DNA of 64,000 nucleotides, taken from the IMG/VR virus record IMGVR_UViG_3300020056_000009, one strand, 5' to 3'. Below, in pieces: positions 9,441 through 18,824 of this stretch. The DNA comes from an uncultured virus (IMG/VR IMGVR_UViG_3300020056_000009) (lineage: Duplodnaviria; Heunggongvirae; Uroviricota; Caudoviricetes). The notes below the pieces were generated by a model. It saw nothing but the letters and a program-made list of their open reading frames with translations, was not told where the DNA came from and did no database searches. The first letter of the stretch is position 1. Each line of letters begins with the position of its first letter. A program made the translations under genes and the position numbers.

Positions 9441-10208
9441 ATGAGTTTCGCTTGGGGTCAATCTTTGCCCTCCAACCATTATCGCACCAGCGAGTATCGT
9501 CGATCTCTCTACTCCGAAACTCAAACTTTTGAGGCACCTGCAGAAAGAGCAGTTCGTAATTCTATTTTAGACCAAGTAGATGATGCAGTTATTCCGAATA
9601 TCCGCCGACAACTAAAGGATGGTGGTGGCAACGCTGCCCTTAAATCTTTGGGTGATATGGACGATAAACAAATCCGCAAGTTATTTGAGGGATTGGTAGA
9701 TTCTGATAATTTCGATCAAATCGATAAAGGATGGCTTAAGAAAATGATTAAGGGAGAAGCCTTGGATAATGCAGATCTCAATCGTTTAGCCTCTTCAATT
9801 ACTTCTGATAGTCTTCAAAAAACTCTTACTCAAGAATCTCTTAAATCTGCTACCGATGCTGCCGCCGATGCTATTGAGAATGCGGCTGATTTTAGCCCTC
9901 GACAAAAAACCCTTATGCGATATGGATTAGCCGGAACAACAGTAGTTGGCACCGCTGCGGTCTTTATGGGATTGGGCGGTAACGAAGCCATTCAAAAGTT
10001 TATGGATTCCCAAACAGGCCGTGATTGTGATATTAAGGCTATGGACCAAGGATTGACGGAAGGTAGTGTAGAATACACTACGGCTGTTGAAGCCTGTCAA
10101 GAAGGATCTCTAAAAACTCTTCGTAATATGGGATATGCAGTTATCGCTGTTGGTGGTTTGTTAGGTTTTATTGCTATCACTCGTTTAATTCCTAAGAAGG
10201 AGGAATGA
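9441..10208 (+). CDS. membrane protein with C-terminal anchor
   Basis: Gly-rich hydrophobic segment plus C-terminal YAVIAVGGLLGFIAITRLIPKK. Confidence 0.85.
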   Translation: MSFAWGQSLPSNHYRTSEYRRSLYSETQTFEAPAERAVRNSILDQVDDAVIPNIRRQLKDGGGNAALKSLGDMDDKQIRKLFEGLVDSDNFDQIDKGWLKKMIKGEALDNADLNRLASSITSDSLQKTLTQESLKSATDAAADAIENAADFSPRQKTLMRYGLAGTTVVGTAAVFMGLGGNEAIQKFMDSQTGRDCDIKAMDQGLTEGSVEYTTAVEACQEGSLKTLRNMGYAVIAVGGLLGFIAITRLIPKKEE

Positions 10209-11239
10209 TTATGGGTTGGGCAAACCAACAAGGTTTCGAATCTGTTGAAGGCTTATCCACAGGGCTTCAATGGGCTGTCGATAATGCTGGAAAAGTAGCC
10301 TGTAAAACCGAATTTAAATCTCGTGTTAAAATCGTAGATGCGTCTGATAAAGATTTGAAAATTGATACTCAAAATGGAAACTTTATGTGGATGGAAGTTC
10401 CCGAAGGTTCTTCTATCTACTATGAGGTCGAAACTCTTGCTGACAAGAAAAAGGGTGCTTCAGATCGAGTTACTTTAGAAATCACCTATATGGATACTTC
10501 TTATTTGGGACGCATGATTAACTTGGCTTTAGAAGAGTTGGATGAAGATAGTTTGGTTAAAGTTCTTACGGGCGATACAGAACCGATTACCACATGGTTA
10601 GAAGGCAATCCTGATTTGGTAGACCCTTCATTACTTATGGCAACTATTTATTCCGAAACCATCACTACCAATGAAGAAGGCAAAGCCTCCGGAATTATTC
10701 CCATTGATAAATCTTGGCCGCTTTCCAATTATACTCTCAATTTCCATTATGGTTATTCTGCTTTGGCAGAACAATCTACGGGAGAGAAAACTTCTCGTTT
10801 GTGGATTGATGATATTGGACCCATTGTAGCCGAATTGTTACTGACTGCTGCTATTGGCGTTATTTCAGGAGGGGCTGCTTTAGGTATTAAGGCTGCCCAA
10901 GCCCTTAAAGCCGGACAAACCGTTGCTCGAATTAACAAGGCTCGTCGAATTGCCGAAGTAGTTGGTCTAATTCAATTAGCCAAGCAATATTTTAAACAAG
11001 GTTTTGGTATTGTAGGGTTAAACAAATATGATTGTTCTTTTCCCCTGTTAGGATTTAATCATACCTATGGGTTTGATAACAATTTTGAAACGGCCCTTTA
11101 TGATGAGTCGGGAAATCTTGATTTTTCCACTATTGATGAAAACAAATTAGAAGCCCTCATTAAGAAAAATTTGGCTCGTAACCTTGCCATTGGAGTTATT
11201 TTCACAGGATTATTAATTGCGGGATTGAGGAGGAAATAA
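10205..11239 (+). CDS. membrane protein with C-terminal anchor
   Basis: GGAGG SD; internal LLLTAAIGVISGGAALG; ends LAIGVIFTGLLIAGLRRK. Confidence 0.85.
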   Translation: MIMGWANQQGFESVEGLSTGLQWAVDNAGKVACKTEFKSRVKIVDASDKDLKIDTQNGNFMWMEVPEGSSIYYEVETLADKKKGASDRVTLEITYMDTSYLGRMINLALEELDEDSLVKVLTGDTEPITTWLEGNPDLVDPSLLMATIYSETITTNEEGKASGIIPIDKSWPLSNYTLNFHYGYSALAEQSTGEKTSRLWIDDIGPIVAELLLTAAIGVISGGAALGIKAAQALKAGQTVARINKARRIAEVVGLIQLAKQYFKQGFGIVGLNKYDCSFPLLGFNHTYGFDNNFETALYDESGNLDFSTIDENKLEALIKKNLARNLAIGVIFTGLLIAGLRRK

Positions 11240-11240
11240 G

Positions 11241-12170
11241 ATGGCTCTACAAGATAAGTTGTTAGGCTCTCCCGTAATTCTTTTGGGGCAAGATTCTGCA
11301 TCCATTGATACCGTATCTCTTTGTGGTTCTAAACATGAAGCATGGGTTTGGGTAACTGACGAAGACGAATCAGGATCTCCTAATGCTTTACAAGATAGTA
11401 TTATCGTAGGATTCAAAGGTTTAGATTCCAGCGGAGCCGGATGCATTGATGCTATTACCGAAGGTGCTCTTACCTATATCACCGATTTTAAACAATGGAG
11501 TGATACTGTTCAAGAAGGATATCAAGTTCTCAAAGACCGTGCAGATAATTGTCAAGGGGCTTGGGACTGCACTAAAGATTACACTAAATTAGGAATTTAT
11601 TCCAGTGCTGCTGGATTAACTACTGCTGCCGGAACTATTGGTTCGGGAGTAGCCTCCACTACCAAAAAGGGATGGAAAAAGGTCAAAGGATGGTTTTCGG
11701 CAGAATCCTTTTCAGCAGATACGATTCAAAACTGCACCGATAATTTTGGAGGAACTTTGTTTCACAATCAAAGTGGATCTGAACACAAAGTTAAAATTAT
11801 TGTAAATAAGTTATATCAAGGCGTAACAACCAAAGTTCACGAAGTTGAATTAGCAGGATCTTCCGAATACAAAAAGGTAGATAACAAACTATGGTTCGAA
11901 CCCGCCTATAAAAAATTAAAACTTACTGGACCGGGTATGTATACTATTCAAATCAAATCTTTGGCTGCTAATCAGGAATGTGGCACACCCGATTTAGATT
12001 TTACCACTACGGTTGAAGTTCTTCCTGATACTTCTGTTACTGAAGATACTTCAGGAGATGCGGTCGGATCTTTAGTAGCCTCTACCGGAGTTCGCCCACT
12101 TTATGTTTATGGAGGCATTATTTTATTTGGTGGTTTACTACTCTCCAAATTATACTCTCCAAGAAAATAG
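11241..12170 (+). CDS. membrane protein with C-terminal anchor
   Basis: GAGGAGG SD; FSAESFSAD; ends LYVYGGIILFGGLLLSKLYSPRK. Confidence 0.85.
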   Translation: MALQDKLLGSPVILLGQDSASIDTVSLCGSKHEAWVWVTDEDESGSPNALQDSIIVGFKGLDSSGAGCIDAITEGALTYITDFKQWSDTVQEGYQVLKDRADNCQGAWDCTKDYTKLGIYSSAAGLTTAAGTIGSGVASTTKKGWKKVKGWFSAESFSADTIQNCTDNFGGTLFHNQSGSEHKVKIIVNKLYQGVTTKVHEVELAGSSEYKKVDNKLWFEPAYKKLKLTGPGMYTIQIKSLAANQECGTPDLDFTTTVEVLPDTSVTEDTSGDAVGSLVASTGVRPLYVYGGIILFGGLLLSKLYSPRK

Positions 12171-12205
12171 ATACATATAAATAGGTGCGAGTTTAAACAC
12201 TCGCC

Positions 12206-12424
12206 ATGGACTGCCCCCTTTGCAATTGGAAACTTAAAAATCTGCGAGAGTGGGTTACTCAAGACGGTTATTTTGGCGAAGCCAAATGTAGTCCTTGTGG
12301 CGTAACTCTCTTAGCCCAAATGGATTTATACAAAGCCTATGATAACAAACATATTCCACCTCACCTAATTTCTGAAGCCGAACAGTTGTTGTTAGCATCG
12401 GGAAAGTTAGCCACACCTCCTTAA
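12206..12424 (+). CDS. small Zn-ribbon protein
   Basis: CPLC...CSPC; TATAAATAG upstream. Confidence 0.75.
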   Translation: MDCPLCNWKLKNLREWVTQDGYFGEAKCSPCGVTLLAQMDLYKAYDNKHIPPHLISEAEQLLLASGKLATPP

Positions 12425-12440
12425 TTTTGGAGAAATAATT

Positions 12441-13448
12441 ATGTATGTTCTCATTGATGCGGGATTCTTTGTCTCTCGTTTAGCACGAAATTGGGCACCA
12501 CAAGGTAGATTCCGTAAGTGGATGAATCGAGTCGAAGCCAAGAAAATGTCTATCGGACATTACTATAACAAAGTTCGCAAATCCTTGTATGGAGAACTTA
12601 GTTATCTTCAGATGCGAATCAACCAAGCCGGATTTGGCACCGCCGAAATCCACATGATGTTTGACGGCACCGAAGGTCGTCAAGCCCGTGGAACTTTGTT
12701 CCCCCAATACAAAGCCAACCGAGTTCCTAATTCGGTAGAAGAATATAACGCTTCTGAATATTCTATTCGGGACATTCGTGATGAATTACGAGCCGTCGGC
12801 ATGAATCCTGATAATCTTCGCAAGAAGTGGATTTCACATTATGAAGCCGAAAAAGAGGCTGACGATCTTATTGCCGAGTTTGTCGCTGAACACCCTGAAG
12901 ACACCATTATGATTTTCACCCAAGATTCCGACCTTTATCAACTTCGGGCTATCAATGAAACTATTCGTTTTCATAATTTTACGGAAGAGATTAATCCCAT
13001 CGATAACGGGTTTAGTTACCAGCATTATGCTGATTGGAAAGCCTTGGCAGGAGATTCTTCTGACAACATCCCCGGCGTTTCCAACTTGGGTCCCAAGCAA
13101 GCCGCCGATTTAGTTATCAATTATGGTTCTCTCGAAAATATACCTGACCCTTACTTTTTGTATTACACCTGCACCGAAACTGCCGCTTTGGTTTTAGCCA
13201 ATGTAATCACCCAATATCAAACTGACAATGATATTACGGATGCTACTATGAAGCGAAAATGGGGTGCTGCAATTATGAATCTCAAAAACGGTCAAGCCGT
13301 CAAACTCAATCAATCTCAATACGAAAAGTTAGTTAATTGTGAGGCCATCGATGAAGGCTATTTTCAACAACATAATGATCGGGACAACATTATGAACTAC
13401 CGAACCATTATTAAATTGCCCAGTCCACTTCATGATGGAAACATATAA
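12441..13448 (+). CDS. 5'-3' exonuclease/flap endonuclease (PolI-N/T5 D15/T4 RNase H type)
   Basis: LIDAG, MFDG..R..LFPQYKANR, EADDLIA, QDSDLYQL, LAGDSSDNIPGV..LGPK. Confidence 0.92.
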   Translation: MYVLIDAGFFVSRLARNWAPQGRFRKWMNRVEAKKMSIGHYYNKVRKSLYGELSYLQMRINQAGFGTAEIHMMFDGTEGRQARGTLFPQYKANRVPNSVEEYNASEYSIRDIRDELRAVGMNPDNLRKKWISHYEAEKEADDLIAEFVAEHPEDTIMIFTQDSDLYQLRAINETIRFHNFTEEINPIDNGFSYQHYADWKALAGDSSDNIPGVSNLGPKQAADLVINYGSLENIPDPYFLYYTCTETAALVLANVITQYQTDNDITDATMKRKWGAAIMNLKNGQAVKLNQSQYEKLVNCEAIDEGYFQQHNDRDNIMNYRTIIKLPSPLHDGNI

Positions 13449-13474
13449 ATAGGTAATCTAACCTATGGTTAATT

Positions 13475-13705
13475 ATGCCTTCTGAACTACGAATTGACCT
13501 TGAATCTTTGCAAGGATATATTGCGGCTACGGCTTCCGGAGCCGTTTCAGAACATAAGGCCGTCCATTATCTCCTCAAATCTATTTTAGATATGGGTTGT
13601 CGTTGGCGAGATAATCCCACTATTGTTATTACTCGTAACGATGTTGAGGCCGAATTAGATTCGGATTTAGCACAAGATTTAGACGACCTTTTGGGAGGCT
13701 TCTGA
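13475..13705 (+). CDS. hypothetical protein with acidic tail
   Basis: TATAAATAG 30 nt upstream; ends DLDDLLGGF. Confidence 0.75.
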   Translation: MPSELRIDLESLQGYIAATASGAVSEHKAVHYLLKSILDMGCRWRDNPTIVITRNDVEAELDSDLAQDLDDLLGGF

Positions 13706-13810
13706 TTGACCTGCCCTGTTTGTTCTTGTTGTCGTTTTGAAAAGCAAATGGAATTGTCTAATGGTTATTGGGTATGTGGTTGTGGCTATGCCATTAAATC
13801 ACTTGAATAA
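13706..13810 (+). CDS. 34-aa Zn-ribbon peptide (absent from ORF track)
   Basis: TTG start after GGAGG; CPVC...WVCGCG. Confidence 0.45.
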   Translation: MTCPVCSCCRFEKQMELSNGYWVCGCGYAIKSLE

Positions 13811-14029
13811 ACTTCCCAAACCATCAAACATTTCATCGTCACATTTGCCACAGAATTTTGTCTCATCGATGCCATGTTTACAACGAATAATTTTCTTAAA
13901 AACTTCTAAGACATTTTGTCTATTGATAGCATCAATGAAAAAACTATTACTACCGATATACTTACCATCATAAATCTTTTGAACCACATCTCTTACAATA
14001 TCATTTGAACCCCCTAATTGTTTCCTCAT
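13799..14029 (-). CDS. hypothetical protein with ribosomal-stalk-like C-terminus
   Basis: CKHG..CGKC; ends DDEMFDGLGSLFK; the frame is open ~35 codons upstream of this ATG. Confidence 0.65.
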   Translation of the reverse strand: MRKQLGGSNDIVRDVVQKIYDGKYIGSNSFFIDAINRQNVLEVFKKIIRCKHGIDETKFCGKCDDEMFDGLGSLFK

Positions 14030-14076
14030 TAGGTTGATATCTTGATCATCAAAATGACGATTTAATTGACCTGTGG

Positions 14077-14478
14077 CTAATTCTTCCCAAGTCCAAAAAT
14101 CATTTTTATCCTTTCTCCGAATAAAGATCCCAAACCTTCAAATCCCATTTCTTCTTCGGTAATAATACCATTTGCACTTCTAACATATTTTTTATCATCA
14201 CCCATAAACTCAAATTTAAATTCGTAAACTTTTGTTTGGTCATTAAATTTAAATTCCCAAGTTCTTGGAGTTCTAAACCACCAATCCCAAATATCCTCAT
14301 ATCCAGAACTCGATTCAAAAATATTAGTTATACCGGCATTATTCATAGTTGCCTCTATTTCATAATGAGACATCTTAATTACATCAATCCACCTTCTGTC
14401 ATTTGCCATTATATGAGCCGCCGATTCTGACCAACCAGAATCCATTAACTTTTTCTTAGTGGCTGATTTAACTACCAT
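14077..14478 (-). CDS. hypothetical protein with stalk-like EEEMGFEGLGSLFG motif
   Basis: GGAGGTAA SD upstream; motif near the C-terminus. Confidence 0.75.
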   Translation of the reverse strand: MVVKSATKKKLMDSGWSESAAHIMANDRRWIDVIKMSHYEIEATMNNAGITNIFESSSGYEDIWDWWFRTPRTWEFKFNDQTKVYEFKFEFMGDDKKYVRSANGIITEEEMGFEGLGSLFGERIKMIFGLGKN

Positions 14479-14479
14479 A

Positions 14480-15013
14480 TTAGATTACCTCCTGTTTGTT
14501 AATGGCTTGCCAAATTATATTTTCTTCGGGTGGTCGCCACGCCCACATAATCGCAGGATTGTTCATATCAAAGTTTTCTTGATTCAGCATTCCCATAGGT
14601 GCTTCATTATCAAAGTAATAGCGAGCATTATGAATATAATCTTCCGGGCTGGTAGTATAAGCATTAGGCTCACTACTACTTAATGGATCATCAAAAGGTT
14701 TTATCCATTCATTATACCATTCCCGCTCATCTTTATTAGAAAACCACGATTTATTATTAGCATAAGCATGATGTAATCTTGTCCAAAAACCCTTTCTGGG
14801 CAGGGGTGTTTCAGCAACGATTCTTTCATCATTTGTAGTTAAGTCACCCAAATCATAAAAAGTCCACCAATCTGCTGCTGACATTCCCGGATACCATTGT
14901 AAACTATCATCAGATCCAAAAATTGCTTTTGTTATGGCCGATTTTGACCATTCCATTATATCATCAGTTTTAAACCGATTATGAATAATCGCCCACACTT
15001 CCGATTTAAACAT
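14480..15013 (-). CDS. hypothetical Trp-rich protein, AIN tag
   Basis: coupled in operon; ends WQAINKQEVI. Confidence 0.75.
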   Translation of the reverse strand: MFKSEVWAIIHNRFKTDDIMEWSKSAITKAIFGSDDSLQWYPGMSAADWWTFYDLGDLTTNDERIVAETPLPRKGFWTRLHHAYANNKSWFSNKDEREWYNEWIKPFDDPLSSSEPNAYTTSPEDYIHNARYYFDNEAPMGMLNQENFDMNNPAIMWAWRPPEENIIWQAINKQEVI

Positions 15014-15531
15014 TATAACACCTTCCTTTTGTTTATAGCATCATAGCCTATTTTTTCCTGATGATACTCTTGCAACCATCGATCTACTTTAGAAATAAAA
15101 CGCTTATCCAATTGATAAAAATCATAAACCGAACCATCATAATCATCGCTAAATGGAATACCATCATAAGTGTTATTATCTAAATCTAACAACCATACAT
15201 CTCGGGGTTCTAATCTAAATGTTTCAGAATTATGTTCTATTAACATGGGAATTGCTATTAAATTATCTCCTAAACCCACTTCACCATGACTGCGATTAGT
15301 TAAGAAAAATATCCCATGTTGTTTTGCTAACTCTAATATATAGTCATCATAGTCTGGACCAAAAGAAACCTGTGTAATGGGGCGACCCCCTAAGTTTTCT
15401 TTAGCCAATTTTAATAGCAGATCAAAGGAATCTTTTTCATCTAAGACCTCAGTTTTTCCTTTAAGAAAGTTATTATAATCACCCATGCAAAATAGCATAT
15501 TAATCCATTTTTCTCCTGGATAATAAGTCAT
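15013..15531 (-). CDS. hypothetical protein, AIN tag
   Basis: coupled; ends GYDAINKRKVL. Confidence 0.75.
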   Translation of the reverse strand: MTYYPGEKWINMLFCMGDYNNFLKGKTEVLDEKDSFDLLLKLAKENLGGRPITQVSFGPDYDDYILELAKQHGIFFLTNRSHGEVGLGDNLIAIPMLIEHNSETFRLEPRDVWLLDLDNNTYDGIPFSDDYDGSVYDFYQLDKRFISKVDRWLQEYHQEKIGYDAINKRKVL

Positions 15532-16067
15532 TAAATCTTCCCCCGGTTAATAGCCATTGGAATTATAATTTCCTCAAACCAAATTTTTAATTGATCATTT
15601 TCACTTCCTGTTTTTTCCCAAGCCAATAATAATTCTCGATACAAAAAACTTGGAATATCTTTAAAATTTGGAGTAATATAATAGTTACCAACTTTAACCC
15701 AAATAGCCCATTTTTCTGATAAAATTGACTCGTAATAACCACCCCAAAAATTTTTAGCAAATGGTCCCGTAACTTGTTCTTCTTCTGGAATTTTCTGCAT
15801 CTTAATTGGTGGTGATTTTTTCCAATGCAAGTTTTTAGTATCAATACCATTTAACCAAAACCCCTGCCAGAGAATTGCCCAATAACGAGAACTGTGACTC
15901 CCAGACTCTGCTTTTTTGACAGTAAATCTATATGTATCATAATTGGTTTCTACCCACATATAATAATTTTTATTAGCCTCAAATTTATCTAAAAATTCTA
16001 AACCTACATTAAATTGTTCCAAAGCATTTTCTTCATCCATTTTAAAAATGACAGGCTCAGAAATCAT
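15531..16067 (-). CDS. hypothetical protein, AIN tag
   Basis: coupled; ends PMAINRGKI. Confidence 0.75.
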   Translation of the reverse strand: MISEPVIFKMDEENALEQFNVGLEFLDKFEANKNYYMWVETNYDTYRFTVKKAESGSHSSRYWAILWQGFWLNGIDTKNLHWKKSPPIKMQKIPEEEQVTGPFAKNFWGGYYESILSEKWAIWVKVGNYYITPNFKDIPSFLYRELLLAWEKTGSENDQLKIWFEEIIIPMAINRGKI

Positions 16068-16069
16068 AA

Positions 16070-16537
16070 TTAATCCTCATATTGCTTTCTTATTGAATCC
16101 AAAGTGTCAAAATTATTTTCTACTATCCAACCAAATCTACAATCAAGTTCATTATCAAGAACCGCATAATAATCATTGCCATCAAAATTCCATTTGACAG
16201 CCCACACCGGAAGGTAAGATTGTCCATAATCTATTTTCCAAGCCACCTCATCAAAAAAATTTTTTTCATCATAGGATTCTAAAACATATCTTTGAGATTC
16301 CGAAAAATACATTTCAGACCATTTAAATAAACCTGATGTATCCGTTGATACTTGATCAATTTTGATAACTTGTTGAGCATTTTCCTTAGCAAAATCCTCA
16401 GCGTCATCGATAATATTTACTAATAATTGACTTTCTAAAGTTGAAACTATCTCATCTGCATTTTTGTCTTGTTTTGTAATAAGAATTACTTGACCTCCGG
16501 CTTCGGAAGTCCGTAACCAATTGACAATTCCAGTCAT
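16070..16537 (-). CDS. hypothetical protein, IINWL-type N-terminus
   Basis: MTGIVNWLRT; minus-strand TATATAG promoter ~30 nt upstream. Confidence 0.75.
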   Translation of the reverse strand: MTGIVNWLRTSEAGGQVILITKQDKNADEIVSTLESQLLVNIIDDAEDFAKENAQQVIKIDQVSTDTSGLFKWSEMYFSESQRYVLESYDEKNFFDEVAWKIDYGQSYLPVWAVKWNFDGNDYYAVLDNELDCRFGWIVENNFDTLDSIRKQYED

Positions 16538-16612
16538 GTCGAATGATTCTTCTTCCGACTATATATAATCTCCGACATAACATATAAGTAGGTGCAAACC
16601 ACAGGTTTGCCC

Positions 16613-17380
16613 ATGATCGCTATCAGCATTGATTCCAAAGAATCTGATAACACCAAACATCTTTTTGAAATGTTATTGAACGCCGATGTTGTCAATCTTC
16701 CCGAAGGTGACATCAAAGTATATGAATATGACAATCCTGATAACTTTTCTCTTTTTGAACGCAAAACTTGGTCTGATGCTTATTCTTCATGGACCAGCAA
16801 GCGAATGCAAGAGCAAATCAGCCGATTGGTTGCCTCCGGAGGTCGTAACTATTTGATTATCGAAGGATCTCCTCGTGATATTTTCACCGCCAATCCTAAT
16901 CAGATTCAATCCCTCCAACAGTTTTTTAATCGTCTTACCAGCGAGGCCATTCCGGTGATTTACACCGAGTCCCTTGATGAAACTATTCGCTTTATTAGAA
17001 GTCACGCTCTCCGTATGGAAGAAAATGAGTTATATCAATTGATTCGTCCTGTCACCGTTGTAACTTCTACCAGCAATAAACATCACGCCGTTTTAGAACA
17101 AATCCCCCGGGTCGGGAAGAAACTCGCTAAGAAAATCTATCAAACCTATGGTTCTTTAGGAGATTTCGTAGTTAATTTCAAAACCACTTCCGAAGAAGTT
17201 GGCGTCAAACCTAAATCTGTTACCTATCAGAAAATCGTAGAGTTCTTAGACCAAACATGGAATCCCCAAGTAGATCGAGAAATTATCTTCCAAGCCGTCG
17301 GAACCGACCCAGACCTTACGGGTCTTGAAGACATTGCTTCTGAGCCCGAAGAAGAGAGTGAACAAAAGACGCTCTTCTGA
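16613..17380 (+). CDS. ERCC4/XPF-family structure-specific endonuclease with HhH
   Basis: IDSKE, GD, ERKTWSD, RMQEQ, LIIEG, QIPRVGKKLA; C-terminal QKTLF; start set by promoter-hairpin GCAAACC-aca-GGTTTGC. Confidence 0.9.
   Translation: MIAISIDSKESDNTKHLFEMLLNADVVNLPEGDIKVYEYDNPDNFSLFERKTWSDAYSSWTSKRMQEQISRLVASGGRNYLIIEGSPRDIFTANPNQIQSLQQFFNRLTSEAIPVIYTESLDETIRFIRSHALRMEENELYQLIRPVTVVTSTSNKHHAVLEQIPRVGKKLAKKIYQTYGSLGDFVVNFKTTSEEVGVKPKSVTYQKIVEFLDQTWNPQVDREIIFQAVGTDPDLTGLEDIASEPEEESEQKTLF
17320..17333 (+). repeat. GGGTCTTGAAGACA copy 3
   Basis: exact match. Confidence 0.9.
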
Positions 17381-17415
17381 TAAACTATATATTGGTGGTT
17401 TCATAAACCATAACT

Positions 17416-18162
17416 ATGGCTCATCGTTTTATGAATCTTGATGTCGTTTCGGCACTCAACCAACTGCAAACCGAATCGCAAGAAATCAACACCGCTTTCT
17501 TTGACCCACCTTACAACATCGGTTTTAGATACTCTAATCTTGTTGATGACAACCTTCCCGAAAACGAATATCACGATCTTATCGGAGATACTTTTGAAGC
17601 CCTCAAACCCATTTTGGCAGCCGATGGTTCGGCTTTCTTGGTTCACTATCCCGAAGCCTGTGCTCGATTACTTCCCATTATTGAGTCCAAAGGTTATCGA
17701 CTTCAACAATGGATTTCTTGGGTTTATCCCAGCAACATTGGTATGACCAAAAAGCGATTCACTACGGCTCACCGTGCTCTTCTGTGGTTTGTTCATGTAG
17801 ATTGCGAACAACCTAAGTTTAACAACAAGGCTGACCCTATGCCCTACAAAAATCCGACCGACCCCCGAGTTCAAAAGCAAATCGCCAAAGGCAGTAAGGG
17901 CGTTAGTCCTTATGATTGGTGGGAAATTAACATGGTTAAAGCAGGTTCGGCAGAACATAAAGGATGGTATAACCAAATCCCCTATGACTTGATTAAACGC
18001 ATGGTGTTGTCTACCACCGACCCCAACGATGTAGTCTTGGATGGTTTCGCAGGGTCTTGTAGCACATGGCCGGTATGCAACGACCACAATCGCACCGCCA
18101 TTTTGGTTGATTTAGATCCCAACTCTAAGAAACACTTTGATGATTTTATGAATGGGTCTTGA
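17416..18162 (+). CDS. beta-class amino-DNA methyltransferase (DPPY, probably N6-adenine)
   Basis: FDPPY N-terminal; VLDGFAGS C-terminal. Confidence 0.9.
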   Translation: MAHRFMNLDVVSALNQLQTESQEINTAFFDPPYNIGFRYSNLVDDNLPENEYHDLIGDTFEALKPILAADGSAFLVHYPEACARLLPIIESKGYRLQQWISWVYPSNIGMTKKRFTTAHRALLWFVHVDCEQPKFNNKADPMPYKNPTDPRVQKQIAKGSKGVSPYDWWEINMVKAGSAEHKGWYNQIPYDLIKRMVLSTTDPNDVVLDGFAGSCSTWPVCNDHNRTAILVDLDPNSKKHFDDFMNGS

Positions 18163-18167
18163 AGACA
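18154..18167 (+). repeat. GGGTCTTGAAGACA copy 4
   Basis: exact match; spans the MTase stop codon in a different frame from copies 1-3. Confidence 0.9.
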
Positions 18168-18179
18168 TTTGGTGGTGTC

Positions 18180-18317
18180 ATGTTAGGATGGTTGTTTTCA
18201 CTTTTGGGCTATAATAAAAAGCCCCAACGCCACGAATTCGATCAAGCGTTGGAAGTTATTGAAGAGTATAATGATGAATCGAAACTCCGTAGGGAAAGAA
18301 TGAAAAATAATAAATAG
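18180..18317 (+). CDS. 45-aa peptide (absent from ORF track)
   Basis: GGTGGTG SD; MLGWLFSLLGY...; fills the intergenic gap. Confidence 0.5.
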   Translation: MLGWLFSLLGYNKKPQRHEFDQALEVIEEYNDESKLRRERMKNNK

Positions 18318-18338
18318 TCGATTAGATGACTAATCGAC
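18309..18338 (+). promoter_or_regulatory. TATA box plus 9-bp inverted repeat abutting ATG
   Basis: AATAAATA-GTCGATTAG-atga-CTAATCGAC-ATG(18339). Confidence 0.8.
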
Positions 18339-18803
18339 ATGGCAATTTATTCGCTGTGGGGTGAAACCGATTTGCCAAAATCGGAAAAAATTGTTGTGGG
18401 TCAAATAGATTTAGACACCGGAGCCATTTACTTAAATTATAAGGCTCATAATGTTGGCATATACATTACTTCTGATGGACAAAAGTATCAAAGTTTTACT
18501 TCTGATATGGGAGATATCCCCAGCATAGCCAATCAGCATGGACTTTCCGAAGAAGCCAGTTTAGCCGGATACGCTCGTCGATCAGATTCTTTAGGTGGCT
18601 TTAAATATAGTATTCTTAAAGAAGTGGTTGATGAAGTATTATCTCTACCACCTCAATTATTTGTTGGCCTTCGGGCTTTAGAAAAAATTAAAAATGGAGA
18701 GCGAGCAGTTACTACTATTCTTTGGGACCACCTTATCAGCGAACCAAAGGTTCCTATGGCTATCAATTATTTGAGTTTACTCAAAACCGAAAAGCATAAA
18801 TAG
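18339..18803 (+). CDS. hypothetical protein, AIN tag
   Basis: ends PMAINYLSLLKTEKHK. Confidence 0.75.
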   Translation: MAIYSLWGETDLPKSEKIVVGQIDLDTGAIYLNYKAHNVGIYITSDGQKYQSFTSDMGDIPSIANQHGLSEEASLAGYARRSDSLGGFKYSILKEVVDEVLSLPPQLFVGLRALEKIKNGERAVTTILWDHLISEPKVPMAINYLSLLKTEKHK

Positions 18804-18824
18804 GTGGTCTCCCCAAATCAACCT

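Noticed and set aside
13799..16537. Integron-like cassette array explaining the tagged small genes
   Set aside because: Genes abut or overlap with no attC-like spacers, no integrase was seen, and the tag codons vary synonymously
3782..17333. GLED as a conserved protein motif
   Set aside because: The same 14-mer also occurs out of frame (18154) and intergenically (28712), so it is a DNA-level element
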